DNA from: Tubulanus polymorphus
Lineage: Eukaryota; Animalia; Nemertea
Direction: 5' to 3'
NCBI RefSeq assembly: GCF_964204645.1
Contig: NC_134027.1
Span: 1,644,485 to 1,708,484, forward strand
DNA length: 64,000 nucleotides
Shown: positions 51,716 through 64,000 of the stretch, in pieces
How positions within the stretch are numbered: position 1 is the first letter of the stretch
Layout: each line of letters opens with the position of its first letter
Made by a program: the position numbers and the translations under genes
Notes under the pieces: model-generated
Database searches by the model: none
The model's input: only the letters and a program-made list of their open reading frames with translations
What the model was told of the DNA's origin: nothing

Positions 51716-53039
51716 CGACTGCATTTAGAAATAACGAACAATCGTTTAGTCACAAATTCATTAACACTTTAGCTAATAAAACTGACAAAGGTCATCCGGG
51801 ATAGACTTGCGGTATTGGATTATTTGACTGAACGCTCAAAATGTCACTGAAAGATGCGCTGATAAAAATAATCATAAACTGACATTGATTTTTACGGGAA
51901 TCTCTAATTTTGAACTCAGATTAGTTGTGACAGTGGAACCCGCGTTCATCGGTCAAACATTCAAATGTATATATTTTATTGTATTCTGAAAACTATCTTG
52001 CTAGAAATGATAAAACTGACTCATTTTTAGTCTCTTGAGTCATTTATTGTTGAACTATGGTGGTCACTATGGGTACAGAACTGTTATTCCTTATCAGCTA
52101 CTCGCAGTCGTCGCATCGAGAAGTGCTCTATCGACCATGGAATTAGTATTCATTCATTCATGAATCATAACTTTTGCGAATCATCTTTTCAATACTCGAT
52201 GCGTCTATAAATTGATCTATTTTTTTGTTGTTAAAAAAATCAAAGAAATCAGACAAAAGCAGTAAGGAACACATATGGAAAAAGATCGGTATTTAGATTC
52301 ATGTTATGTTTACATGAGTTATTCATTCACAATTATACTCTTCTCATGACAGTAATAATTCAGTAATTCGAAGAAGGAATTTGCTGGACAATTCCCAAAT
52401 GAACTGCGCTAATTTATTGTTAATAAAGGAACGGGTTTGAGATCAGCTGAATTGAATACTTTAGGTCTGTAGAGCGCACGTGACGTCATACAGCGCGTCA
52501 ATTTGGCAGTCAAGCGTGAACGGCTAACCGAAGTAAACTGTCACAGTTGACCGCCAATATGACGTATGCAATCTACGAGTCCTCAGACTTGATATAGTTC
52601 AGTAGGTTCGAATCCTGCATATTGATTGCAGTTGGTCAGCATTTCAGTCTTGTGGGTTCGAATCCAGTCGATTGATTTCATGAGACCAATAAAATGAAAC
52701 ATCCTTCAGATTACGGCAATGCAGGGCCGTACATAGCAGGGGAGGGGCAGTTGGGGAAAAAGTGGCCCTTTATTGCAAATATTATTGTTATATGTAATGG
52801 AACCGCCCTTTGTTGGGTTTCTCTGCCCAATGCAAATACTAGTACGGCTCTGAAGTACAGCAATAAAAGACAATAAACTTTACAATAAACGAATATATTA
52901 CGGTTGACTTTAAATTTGATGTTTATTTTTCACTGACACAAACAAAAGTCTGACATCAACATCGATTCGAGAACGTTTTTATTCTGATGAAATCAAAACA
53001 CTACAAAATGTCACACAATGAATATATTGTGGGTAGAGT

Positions 53040-56000
53040 TTATTTAGTGTATGATCGCATATGTCGACCCCCTCGCATTTCATCCCTCCTTCCTCCGCGG
53101 AAACTACCACCAGGGGGCAGTGGATGAGCGAATCTAAAATACATAAATAATCATTTCCTGTCGAGTCATTCGTTCGAAAAGAAGCAAAATAACGAACATT
53201 GAATCGGAATATTACCTCGAATCGGATTCCTTTCTAGGACTGCCCCATTGACCTCGTCCCCTGCCTCCGTTTCCACCTCCTCCACCACGACCGAATCGAG
53301 GATTGTCTCTAACACCGCGTCGATCGCCGGAACCCATTCTATCGCCGTCGCGTCCTCGACCGCCGTTAAATCCACGCGGTGATAACTGTTTCGAACGTCC
53401 GCCCCACTGTCCGGCTCCCGGTGAACCACGCGATCCATTAGCTCCTCCACCGCGAGTCTGACCTCCTCCTCGACCAGGACCTCGATCGGAACCACCTCGA
53501 CCGTTCCTCGACGCTACAAAATATTAACATCATTATATCATATAATCGTAGATTCATCCAGTTCAGTTCTTTTTGCTTTCTTGATCTGATACATGAAAAA
53601 TAGACAGAAACTGATTTTACACGTGATCTGGCAATCTCAACAACTTTTCCCGACTATTTGCAGATTTTTTTAGATAAAAGAAAATTCCACGACTTTTCCC
53701 TGATTTCCAGGTTAAGTGGCGCCACCTGTATAATAGAATGGATCGAATGTATAAAATACAAACCTGTATCTCTACGACCGTAAACGCCGGGTGGTGAGAA
53801 AAACCGGCCTCGTCCACCACCTCCGCCGCCACCACGGACTCGGTCGAAATTCCTACCACGACCTCCGCCTCCTCGTCCACCAGAAAACTCCTACATTATA
53901 GAAAACAAAAAATACTCTTTACAACATGTTTACAAGATGAATTCATATTTCAAAATTTTCTCAAATGGAAATAAACATTATACCATCACACTACAGGGAC
54001 TTCTACTTTCTTTTTTCATTTGGGCAATAATTGACATCCCAGAACTATGCTACATGAAGCTTACAAGTTATTTCCTAAATATTTCCCGAATTGTAGGAAA
54101 ATGTAACAAATTCTTAAATATTTCCAAACCCAGAAATATAATTTTGAAATTCCACAAGTTTTTCCGGATTTTCTCGGCACAATACAAATTGCGTTCGTTG
54201 ATTACCTTTCCTCCAGATCCTCCTCCAGCTCCTCCACCATTATTACCATTACCTCCATTACCCTCGAACTTCACAAAGTCATCGACATGCATCGAAGGCG
54301 GTCGACTAGTGTTCGGTGGTCGCGATCTAAACGGGTCGTTCGGACGAGACGACTGCGACCCGCGACCAAATCCACGACCTCGCATCGGCGCAACTAGAAA
54401 TATAACATAACAATCGTAAGGCTAAACAAAAATGATACCTTGTTTCTCCGCAGCGGCCGGGTCATTTTTGTAAAATATGATAAAATTTATAAACAGTTCA
54501 TTCCTATAGCGGCCGGGTCTGTTATGGTAAAATTGATCACGATTTTAAAAAAAAGTAATGTATAGGGTAGATAGGCGGCCGGCCGGGTCAACATTTAAGC
54601 TCAGCAGAGCGGAGAAACAAGGTATCAATTGTTTTTAGCCTAATCAACAAGTATTACATGTATTTAATACTGAGCAGAGGTAATACTGGATATTGGTATT
54701 ACGAAATACTTACTAAAAGCTTGTCTTCTTCCTCGACCGCGAGTACTACTTGTATTTATAGTATCTCTATGACGAGCATTTCTGAAATATCAGTTTTGAG
54801 GTCATTCAAAAATTTCCCTCTTCGACCAATACGCAGACCTGACTACCATACAGACCCACCACAATTTGACATCGAAATTAGTAGTTCGATTAAAAAAGAA
54901 TTAGAAATCATTCTGATTTTGTTAGTAAGTAAGTACTGGTAGTCAGGTGTGCATAAATGAAATTATTTTCCCAACATAATCATAAATACTTTTACGTATC
55001 ACAAATGTAAAACCTTGCAAAAGGACCCTTTATGAATTATGGCATGTATCGTTTTCTTACCGTTGTTTTTTCTTCGGTTTATGAGCATCCGATGACAAGG
55101 AACCTTTCAACAGTTCAGCTTTCAGATCGAAGTCCGGATAGAATTTGTGACACATGTCTTCGAAATCGCAACGAATCTGTTAAAAACAGAAACGAATACA
55201 AATGATCTTTATTTAATTAAGTAACAGTTTGTAATGTATACGTGTATATATTTGAAGGGAAAGAAAAACTTACAAGTTCCGTTTCAGAATCGGAATCATC
55301 GACCGGATAATTCAACCAATAATTGAAATTCAGACGATCGTCTTCGTTATCGGTGATTGTATAAATAGGTCTCATAGTGAACTGTATAGAGACTGGTATG
55401 GGATCCGGTAATACAGGTATCTCTGCATTCTCTTCATCATCATCTACAAATACAACATCATTATACTCTACATAATAACTACGTTCATCAGGCTCCAGTT
55501 CCACAGTTCTGAGTTAAAATTTGACCCCGACTTAACTCATTGAAAATGAACTAATTTTAACTCAGAATTAACTCTAACTCACAACTGTGGAACTGAGTCC
55601 AGGGTTCTTACAGATCAGTGAATCAGAAATTCCCGAATATTTCCCTGACCCTTGACCAAAAATCCCATCCTCAGTCGGAGACTGATTCTTCTCAAGACAC
55701 TCGTCACCAGCAAGAACAATAAGACCTCAAACATTCAAATAATTCCCTGATATTTCAATGATTATCGAGAAACGAGTCATAAATCGTTGATTTTTCTTGA
55801 TCTGTAAGAACTGTGAATTCATTCAAACAGTTGTAAATATCTCACCTTTCTTCTCAGTAGAATCCTCTGTTCTAACGATCTGTAGTAATGTTTGAGTTCC
55901 CTCTAATAAACTTTCTAACATCTCTTCATCTTTGTTCTCATCTTCTTTAACACAGTCCTGAATCAAACAGTATCAGGGGTCAGATTATTGATAAAATCTG

Positions 56001-59000
56001 CAATTTTCGCATATTTTAAAACCTTATAATTGGTTTTTTTCACTTCTTTTCGCAACAAAATACCAGGATAAGTCACAATTAGTCACAATTTTCTTTCACA
56101 TCAAAATACAATAACATAAGCAGTGACTGATCACAATCTGGACTTATTGTAATAGAATATCAATCTAACTTTTCAATTTGTGTGTAAATTGTGAAACTGT
56201 GATATACTTACCACTAATAATCTCTCTAAATCTGTTAATGGATGTTCGTATGCATTTTCCGGAGTCCATGAGATGATATTCTGTATTTCCGGAACGGTCA
56301 TCGTTTTGGTGCGAATTAAAGTCTGTTCTTCGTCGTTGTCAATCGTAACGAGCAGACGTAGAAATTCTGTCGCTGTTGACAACGTCGATAAACAATCGCT
56401 ACTGTCTTTACTGAACGTATTGTTAATACGCATGAATAGATTGAAGAATATTCCTGGCATCAGTCCAAGACATCTGAAAATACAATCAATTAGGTAGAAT
56501 TTCGCAATAAAGTAAAACCTCCCTTAGTGAACACCCGCCTTGATAACCATCATTTGTCCAGTCCCAAAATCTGTATCTATCATCAGTGCCTCCCTATAGT
56601 GAACTTTTTTTTGCTCAGTCACTTCACTACAGGGAGTTTTTACTGTACATATCAGAAAATTGAACTGGAGAAACATTTTGTTTGATAACTTACTGTTTTA
56701 AGAGCGTAAATCCGTAATCATGTTCGAGCAACATAACTAACGTTCTCAATGCTAGTAGAATAGATGCATAATTATGATCGATATGACCCGTATGAATCAG
56801 TAATCCATTACATATTTCATTCAATAACTCCCGACACGGAATAGAACTCGATAGCTGAAATAAACAATACCCGTAACCTCATTATCGTGTTCCATGATGC
56901 CTTACGATCTAATGCGATAACGACTAAACTTACCAGCAATTCTGGTTCTTGAACGCTTTCAGGAGGCAAGATGGAAATTTCTGGATCGCAAATTGATTGA
57001 AGGATCGACTGTTGAAATAAAGAAATTCTTTACATCTAAACGCACTGAGCACAACTTGGGGTATTATTGCTTTTATGGATTTTCGTAAATCTGAACTCTC
57101 TTGACCTATTTCGGACTAAAGTAAAACTGTTGCATTTGAATATCATTTGGAAAATGTATCTATACTCACAACAATACATTCTTGTGCTTGTAAATGCGAT
57201 GGTCTGTCAAATGGTATATTCATCGTAACGAGTAACTTGGTTAGAACGGTAGCACACCACGGTTCACTGTGAATCCTGAATCAAAAACAACACACAAATC
57301 ATCGCACACATTACAGTTGAATCTATGGAATTCAGTCCGGTCGGACGGTGGTTTATTGCACACATACCCCGGTGTTATCATATCAATGACAGTCATTTTA
57401 ATTGATGGATGAGCAACGAGATGAGCTAAACACGTGAACAGCTGAGCTGTATCCGAGGAAGCTGGTTTTATCATCAGAGGTTCGGCTGGCTCTGTTTCTT
57501 TAGTCGCATCTTTGGGAACCTCGGCCGGAGTCGGACCCCAACTTTCAACTAAACATTCCAACAGCGACCTAGAAATACAAATCAACATCGTTTAAACATC
57601 GAACAAATATCTTTAATTTTTTATCCAGTTCAACAGTTCAGTCCATATTTCATAGCAAAAACAGACTGATAGTAGCTGATTTCAACCGAGTCTACGTTTG
57701 ATTCTTACTTAGCTATAACTTGGGCTGACGGGGCTGACATGTCCGCTATCTGCCAACAAACCCTTCTCAATACATTCTGCAGAGGTACACAACTAGAAGC
57801 TGTCAAATAGAAAACACAAATGATATATACCGGGTACTCAACAATTCAAATTCATACGCACGATGTGACTGGTTGGTACTGGTCAGTACTGGTCGGTACT
57901 GGTCAATACTGGTTGGTACTCACTGGCTAGAGATTTAATGATTTCATGAATCTTCGTTTTACAACACAGAATATGCGCGCTCCATAATTTACGAGTATTC
58001 GTCGCTATAGCGACTTCTTCATCGGTCAAACCCTGCAAAAATCGTAATTCAATTCTGTTTAAAACTATCCTCGAGTATTAAATAATCTCTGAATGCAGGA
58101 TTGAGACGTAGGTTACCTCTTTAGTTTGTAAAGGTAGTGGTAATGGTAGTAACTCTGACAGCATTATTAACCCACTCACAGCTGTATACGGAGATGTCAA
58201 TGTATATTTCAGCAACTCGTCCAACATTTTCTTCCATAAACTTTCGCTCAAAGCTTTAAAAACAATCAAAATGTAAGAAATCGAAAGATAACCGATGAAT
58301 CAATTCAATCTGTAGTTATCATCTGGTAGGGTTCTTACAGATCAGGGAATCCTAATTCTCTAATATTTTCTTGACCATTTACCAAAACGTCCCCCTTTAA
58401 ATTATAACATCCTCAGCGGGTGCGGTTTCTTTTGAAGAGGTTCTTTGTACCACAAGACACCTGTCATTAAAATTCCCAGACTTTCCCTTTTTTTCAAGAA
58501 AAGAGTCAGAATTCCGTGATTTTCTATGATTTGTAAGAACCCTGGAATAACTACAATTTACGATTACTATCAACATCAATACCATTCTCAGATTGCTCCA
58601 GCGCTGGTTGAGTATAGGCCAATAGCGTTTCCAATATGTTCTTTTGTACCACCTGCATTTGTTCAGCTAGTTGACCAGTAGGGGGCGCTGAACACATGAC
58701 GGTATGCACCTCAAACAGAACGGCTAAATGTGACACATCCTTGCACTGTAAGCGAAATATTAGATGTAGTTTTCGACAAAAATGAGAGAAATTTGACATC
58801 AGACGTAGTATCGGTACCGGGTAGTTTCATTGAAATTGAAATCATTATGATTTTGAAAGTATCACGATATTTTCGGAAGATGGAATCTCGAAATGAATAG
58901 AAACTACTCTGAAATAGAAGTCGCAGTCAGGTCAAAGACCCTGCCCTTTTATTACAACATGAATATCACCATGGACGTATAGACTAGACCTTAACACTAG

Positions 59001-62000
59001 TCTATGCGCCCATGATGACACTTCTATATAACAGTACCCTTGTATTCTTTTATATAATTTTGTATGTATAATCGTGTTGTAATTCGAGGGAAAATAAAAA
59101 GTTATTCAAGTTATTAAAGGTCTGCATTATCCGATAACTTCTCGGGATCAGTTTCGGTTACCTCAGCACCGCGTGAATGTATGAAACTGCACTGCATCGC
59201 TTTCATCAGAGCTATCGTTGGTTTAATCATCGCCGTCGCGCGAAGTCCTTTCCCGATACTCAGATAACTTCCTTGTTGCCACGGACGACGAATCAGATCG
59301 GTGATTTTCTACGATAGATAATAGTAATAGGAACTATTAGCACAGAGAAAATTTCCAGAAGAATTTGTGCCAAAAAGTTGGATTTCCTACCTGTAATATG
59401 TTTGTGAAGATCTGCATACATTCAGCACTGAATAATTCAGCAATAACAATCTTATATTTCAACTCTTGTCGACCTGTAAACATAAAACTGTTTATCAATA
59501 CTCAACCTCAATTAATAATAAAACCGTTTTAAGAATTTCATGCCTCAAACCCCCCTGACATTACCGGTATCAGCAGATTCCAAGATTCATCTCCCTACAA
59601 TCTCCACTAAGGTTGACTGAGGGCATTATTAGCACGTTCCTGATTAAGGGGGAGTAGCCAGAAAAGGATCTTTGTCCGAGAAACTTTCACCGCCAGAATT
59701 CGAACCCATAACCCTTGGATGGATGAGAGGTTTGTATATAAACGTACCGCATGTTTTCTGTTTGCTCGGTGCTATTGCCCAGTGTTGTAATATTTTAAGA
59801 GTTGTAATCAATCCTCGCGGTAATTCAGTGATTTCATCGTTGTATTGTTTTAAAGATGTAAGAACGACTGGTAAACTTTCATACGTGTAATCGCACATTC
59901 TTCGAGTTGGAGCCAACCATTCCTGTAACTCATTCAATTTACTGTTCAAATCTGGAAAATGAAATCAACCCGATTAAAGAGGCGGCTTTTTACATTTGAT
60001 AAATTCCATTTGTTGATAATTTGAGAGATGATTTTTCTTACCGACGTCGCTGAGTTTAAGGAGCGTCGCCGCGTATTTCTCGAGCAGGTTCATGTTCACC
60101 GTTTCCCTGACGACGATCACGAGCAGATGAGAAACGTACATCGCGTTTACTGATTTTTTCAAACGATAAATCATCGCTTCACTGTCCTCTTCTGAAAATA
60201 ATAGAGAACAACTTCATCAAATTCAAGCTCATTAAGTTTCAATAACCGATCTAACTATCTAAGGCCAGTTCAATAACAAGCTAAGACCACTCTGAGCTCA
60301 TTTGGTTCTATTCTCGTACAAATCTCACAACTTGAAGACTGAAAACCATGGACTTATGACTGTGTAACTGGGCGCTAGATCTTTACTCATGTATAACTCA
60401 CCGGGAATTTCGACTAATGGAATTAGAACGTCTAAATTATTAGCCTGACTCAGAACGTGCACGACGCATTCGCGACCTTGAGCAGAAAACGTCATCATGA
60501 ATAATGTGTGAAGCATCGACAATATTTCAGGGTCATCGATTAACTTTTCCGCAACATCTACAAATAAATCAATATCGTGTAGAAGTACGAATAAAATAGA
60601 ATGCATCAGGAATCACACCCTAGCTCTTTATCGGATTCAAATCCTGTGAACTTAAAAGAAAAAGACTTTACCCTTTTGGTGAAATTCTGTGAGTCGATCT
60701 AAAGCTTGTAAGACTTGCATACTGTATATGAGTTGCAATCCGAGTAGATTAGCCGGAGTTTCCTCAGGCGGTTCATCAGAACTCTCCTTTAAAAATCACA
60801 TAGTTGAAGATACAGCATCTTATCATTTTAAACATTAAGATTGGATTCATCATCACTGATATTCACAAACCTGGGCTTGAGTAAGATTGCGTATGATTCC
60901 GTTTGTAAGCTCCGTTCTTGTTGCTAGGTAACGTAATCCTTCCATCGTCGACATTAATTGTTGTAAGATGTCTTTGACGATGGTGAATATACCGCTGTGA
61001 TTGAATGTAGAGGGCGCAGTGATCAACATGAATACGCTTTCTAATAGATGTCTAAAAACAACAGAAAATAATTGGATGAGAAATATAACAGTAATCTGTG
61101 TGAGGGAACTGTGGAAATTTGTGATGAATTTGCGTCAAAAATATAGACTTGAGTTTCCTCCAATGAGTACAGCAAGATTTCAAACATTCCTTGAAAATAG
61201 TTTTTTAGATCCAAACCAAAAATACAGAGTTTTTCTTAAGCTATTAGTTTTTCATTGTGGGTGGGATGCTCCAGTGGAAAAACCTACTCACCCAGACTCA
61301 AACATTTCATACAGGTTTGGATATGGATCGTAAGATTCTTTGCTGACGGCTACTTGAACTTTAGCGACTAGGGTCCTTCTAGGCTGAGCCTGACATAAAA
61401 AATAAAGAACTAATTCAATAACTTAGCAAGGCTTAGATTCTTGTCAAGTTGTAGGTGCTCTACAAATTGAGCACCTGGGCCCAGTTCCACAGTTCAGAGT
61501 TAAGATATAACTCTGATTTAACTCATTGAAAATGAACTAACTTTAACTCAGAGTTAACTCTTAACTCGGAACTGTGGAACTGGGTCTTGGATTTTGTTAG
61601 GTGCTTGATTAACAGTGCCTCAGAATCTAAGCCTTGAGGAGCAGTTAAGAGGTTGTTACTATTATAACTTACGATGGTATATTTAGCGTTAGCGTGTATA
61701 CCGATGATCTCATCCAACGTATTTACAATAGGTTCAGCTTCGGCATCAGAAACAGTCTGAGTAATTCCATCCAAGTCTTCCTCACCTCCCTCCGGTGCCG
61801 CTGCTGTCTTCTCGCTTTCGACATCCGCGCTTTCAATAAGCCTGAGATCAAAAACGAAAGAGTTCACGGAAATTTCATCCCAGATTTTAACAACAGTCGA
61901 TCATCGATTATTACGATTTGAAAACTTACTTTTCGGTGAGAAACTGGAATTTACCGATCAGTTCAAACACGTGCATTTTACGAATAAGTGGAGAAATAGA

Positions 62001-63768
62001 AACCATCGCACGCACCAGCTAGAAATACATAGAAAACAATTCAGTTTCTTGAAGTAAAGTACGGTAAATGAAATGAAAGCCTGTTCATTGCAATGATATG
62101 GGTTCATTCGCTGTAATTGCTTTTGAGGTAAAGAATGAAGAAATAGTTACCCGTTTTGAGAGCATGATTTTAATTGATTTTGATGTAAAGAATGAAGAAA
62201 TCATTACCTGTTTTGAGAGCATGATTTTAACGAGTTTTTGATACGCGGATTCAGTTTGTTTATACTGAACGTCCGTCTGTTGTAGAGGGTGCAATCCGAG
62301 AAACCATTGGATACCCAACTGAAACCGTGTCGTTAAATCCAACGCTCGAAGAATCTGAATCTTTAACGAGATCGACATATTCTCCGACAAATACAAATCT
62401 AATAATTTGTGTTGGGTTTCTCTTTTCTGTAAAGAGATAAAAACGGCATGACTATAGTTATGAGATTTACCGGTACTAAAATGTGGCATTTGCAAACATC
62501 ATGGAAAACAGCAGAGTTTACTGAATTGCTCATCAACGTTGTAAGAATTGTTAGTTCAAGTTCATAATAGGTACGTGGTAAACCTGGCTCAACCCTCATA
62601 CCAAGTTTCAAGAAAGACAATTCTGGACTGAAACTTGCTAACAAGAAATTCAAGTTGGCCAATAAACCTCTATTCTCAATAGGGTTGGACATCTCGCTTG
62701 CCCCAATCCTCACAATAAGTTTAAGGGAAATCTATGAAGGATTATAGGCAGTATTCTGTTAACAAGAAATTCAAGATGGCCGTCATATTTGACGGCTGGT
62801 GACATCTCACCTGCCCAAACCTTCGCACTAAGTTTTCATGAAAATCTATCTAGAATTGCAGGCTCACATCGCACTTATAAGGTCTCAAATTCTCACACTG
62901 ATTATAGAACAAGGTCTCCTCACAAACTGAAGTGTATTTCCAGTAAACTTACCATCATTTTAGCAGTGATACTATAATCACAAGCGCTGAACACGCCGGC
63001 TAGTTTGATTCCCATTTTCAAATGGCGTAGAATGTATTTACGGTCCGGTTGTAGCATAGCTTTCTCAATATCTAACCCTTCTATAATCCAATCGACCAGT
63101 AGATCCACGACATCTAAACAAAACAATATATAATAAATAAAACAATCGATCGATTGATCTTTTAAGGTTCAGAAACTGATAATGAACTGATAACTACTTA
63201 CCTTCTCTTTTCTCTTTCAACAGAAGATAAGACAAACCAACGGATAATAACTGAGGCAACAATTCCATCGCTTCGATCCAACTAAAAATAAAAAAGTTAT
63301 TGTCACAGTTAAATCGAAAAGAAGCTGAATCTATTGAAACAGGTGGGTAATGAGAGAATTAAATACTTACGCTGCATGATGCGGTTCAGTTTTATAAAGA
63401 TTAATTATCTCTAGTATTTGAGTAGCTTCTGTCGGTACATCAGGTGTGCAACCTTTCTGAGTCCAAGCTATTATCTCAACTTGGTAACTAGTCAACTCGG
63501 GACTGACTAAACTCTATATACAATTACACAAACAGTCAACAATTTCAATATTGCATGAAACAAAGGTTATAAAAGACGTCTTGAAGATTGAAAGCCGTAC
63601 CGTCAACGGGTTTAACTCAAACTGATAAGGATTATACGTATAATTCCACATCAGATCATCAGGGATTTCGATATCCATATCCTGCATTCTCTGCAATTCA
63701 TTTTCATCCACGTCTGACATGATGTCTTCGTCCGAAAGAATTTCTTCGTAGCCTCCGCCTTCCATTTC
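53040..63768 (-). CDS. VIRMA: Virilizer homolog (m6A writer complex subunit), 3' part, many exons; 5' end lies beyond the right edge
   Basis: Exon peptides YEEILSDED, LSELLPLPLPLQ, DPFRSRPPNTSRPPSMHVDDF, RGG-rich tail ending GRHMRSYTK* (stop 53040-53042); numerous short GT-AG introns. Confidence 0.93.
54420..54640 (+). mobile_element. ~220-bp PIF/Harbinger-like MITE, copy C
   Basis: Nearly identical to 31675-31895; TSD taa. Confidence 0.88.
55490..55599. mobile_element. ~110-bp MITE (ccagttccacagtt ... aactgtggaactg); second copy at about 61477-61587
   Basis: Inverted termini and shared internal aactcattgaaaatgaactaa. Confidence 0.75.
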
Positions 63769-63797
63769 CTATCATTGAATACGAAATAAAATATCAG

Positions 63798-63898
63798 ACT
63801 GGGTACCCATTTACTCCTGGGTGGAGAGAGGCAATGAGGATAAGTGTTTTGCCCGGGGACACTACGGCAATGTACGGGGTTCGAACCCACAACCGCTA
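63798..63898 (-). mobile_element. tRNA-derived SINE fragment with conserved central domain
   Basis: Minus strand: B box ggttcgaaccc followed by gtgtccccgggcaaaacactt...ctctccacccaggagtaaatgggtacc, resembling conserved CORE/Meta-type SINE domains. Confidence 0.7.
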
Positions 63899-64000
63899 GC
63901 CCTAAAGATATACGCACATATCCATACGTAAAACAGGGAGAACATTCTGCAGAAAAGCATGTCAAAATTTTCAGCAAAGATTATTTTTGAAAACTTTTTC

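Noticed and set aside
53166-53880. V/E/D-rich ORFs in the track
   Set aside because: Alternative-frame readings of the RGG-rich VIRMA exons.

Overview
Eukaryotic, AT-rich, intron-containing genomic DNA from an invertebrate animal (probably a marine bilaterian; inference from gene content). It is not prokaryotic, so most short ORFs in the track are exon fragments or noise. Seven genes were reconstructed by hand from GT-AG junctions: (1) the 5' end of an N-cadherin-like classical cadherin (minus; about 19.4 kb intron holding a 3-kb GGT-based satellite and other minisatellites); (2) a PP1 glycogen-targeting subunit (PPP1R3/Gbs-76A-like, minus); (3) TMEM55/PIP4P (plus); (4) a divergent Mextli-like eIF4E-binding protein (minus); (5) AKTIP/Ft1 (plus); (6) an RNF151/RNF41-like RING ligase (plus); (7) the 3' part of virilizer/VIRMA (minus). 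Introns carry several MITE families, SINE heads and Penelope-like remnants. The most notable signals are: a modular TMEM55 locus (candidate alternative first exon without the dileucine signal, duplicated terminal exons, and inverted MITEs around an in-frame 141-nt exon pair); 27-60 bp CATGGA... hairpins with 7-bp target duplications that resemble P-element excision footprints; and tandem palindromes built around a minimal hammerhead-ribozyme core. All family assignments are from recalled motifs, not database searches.
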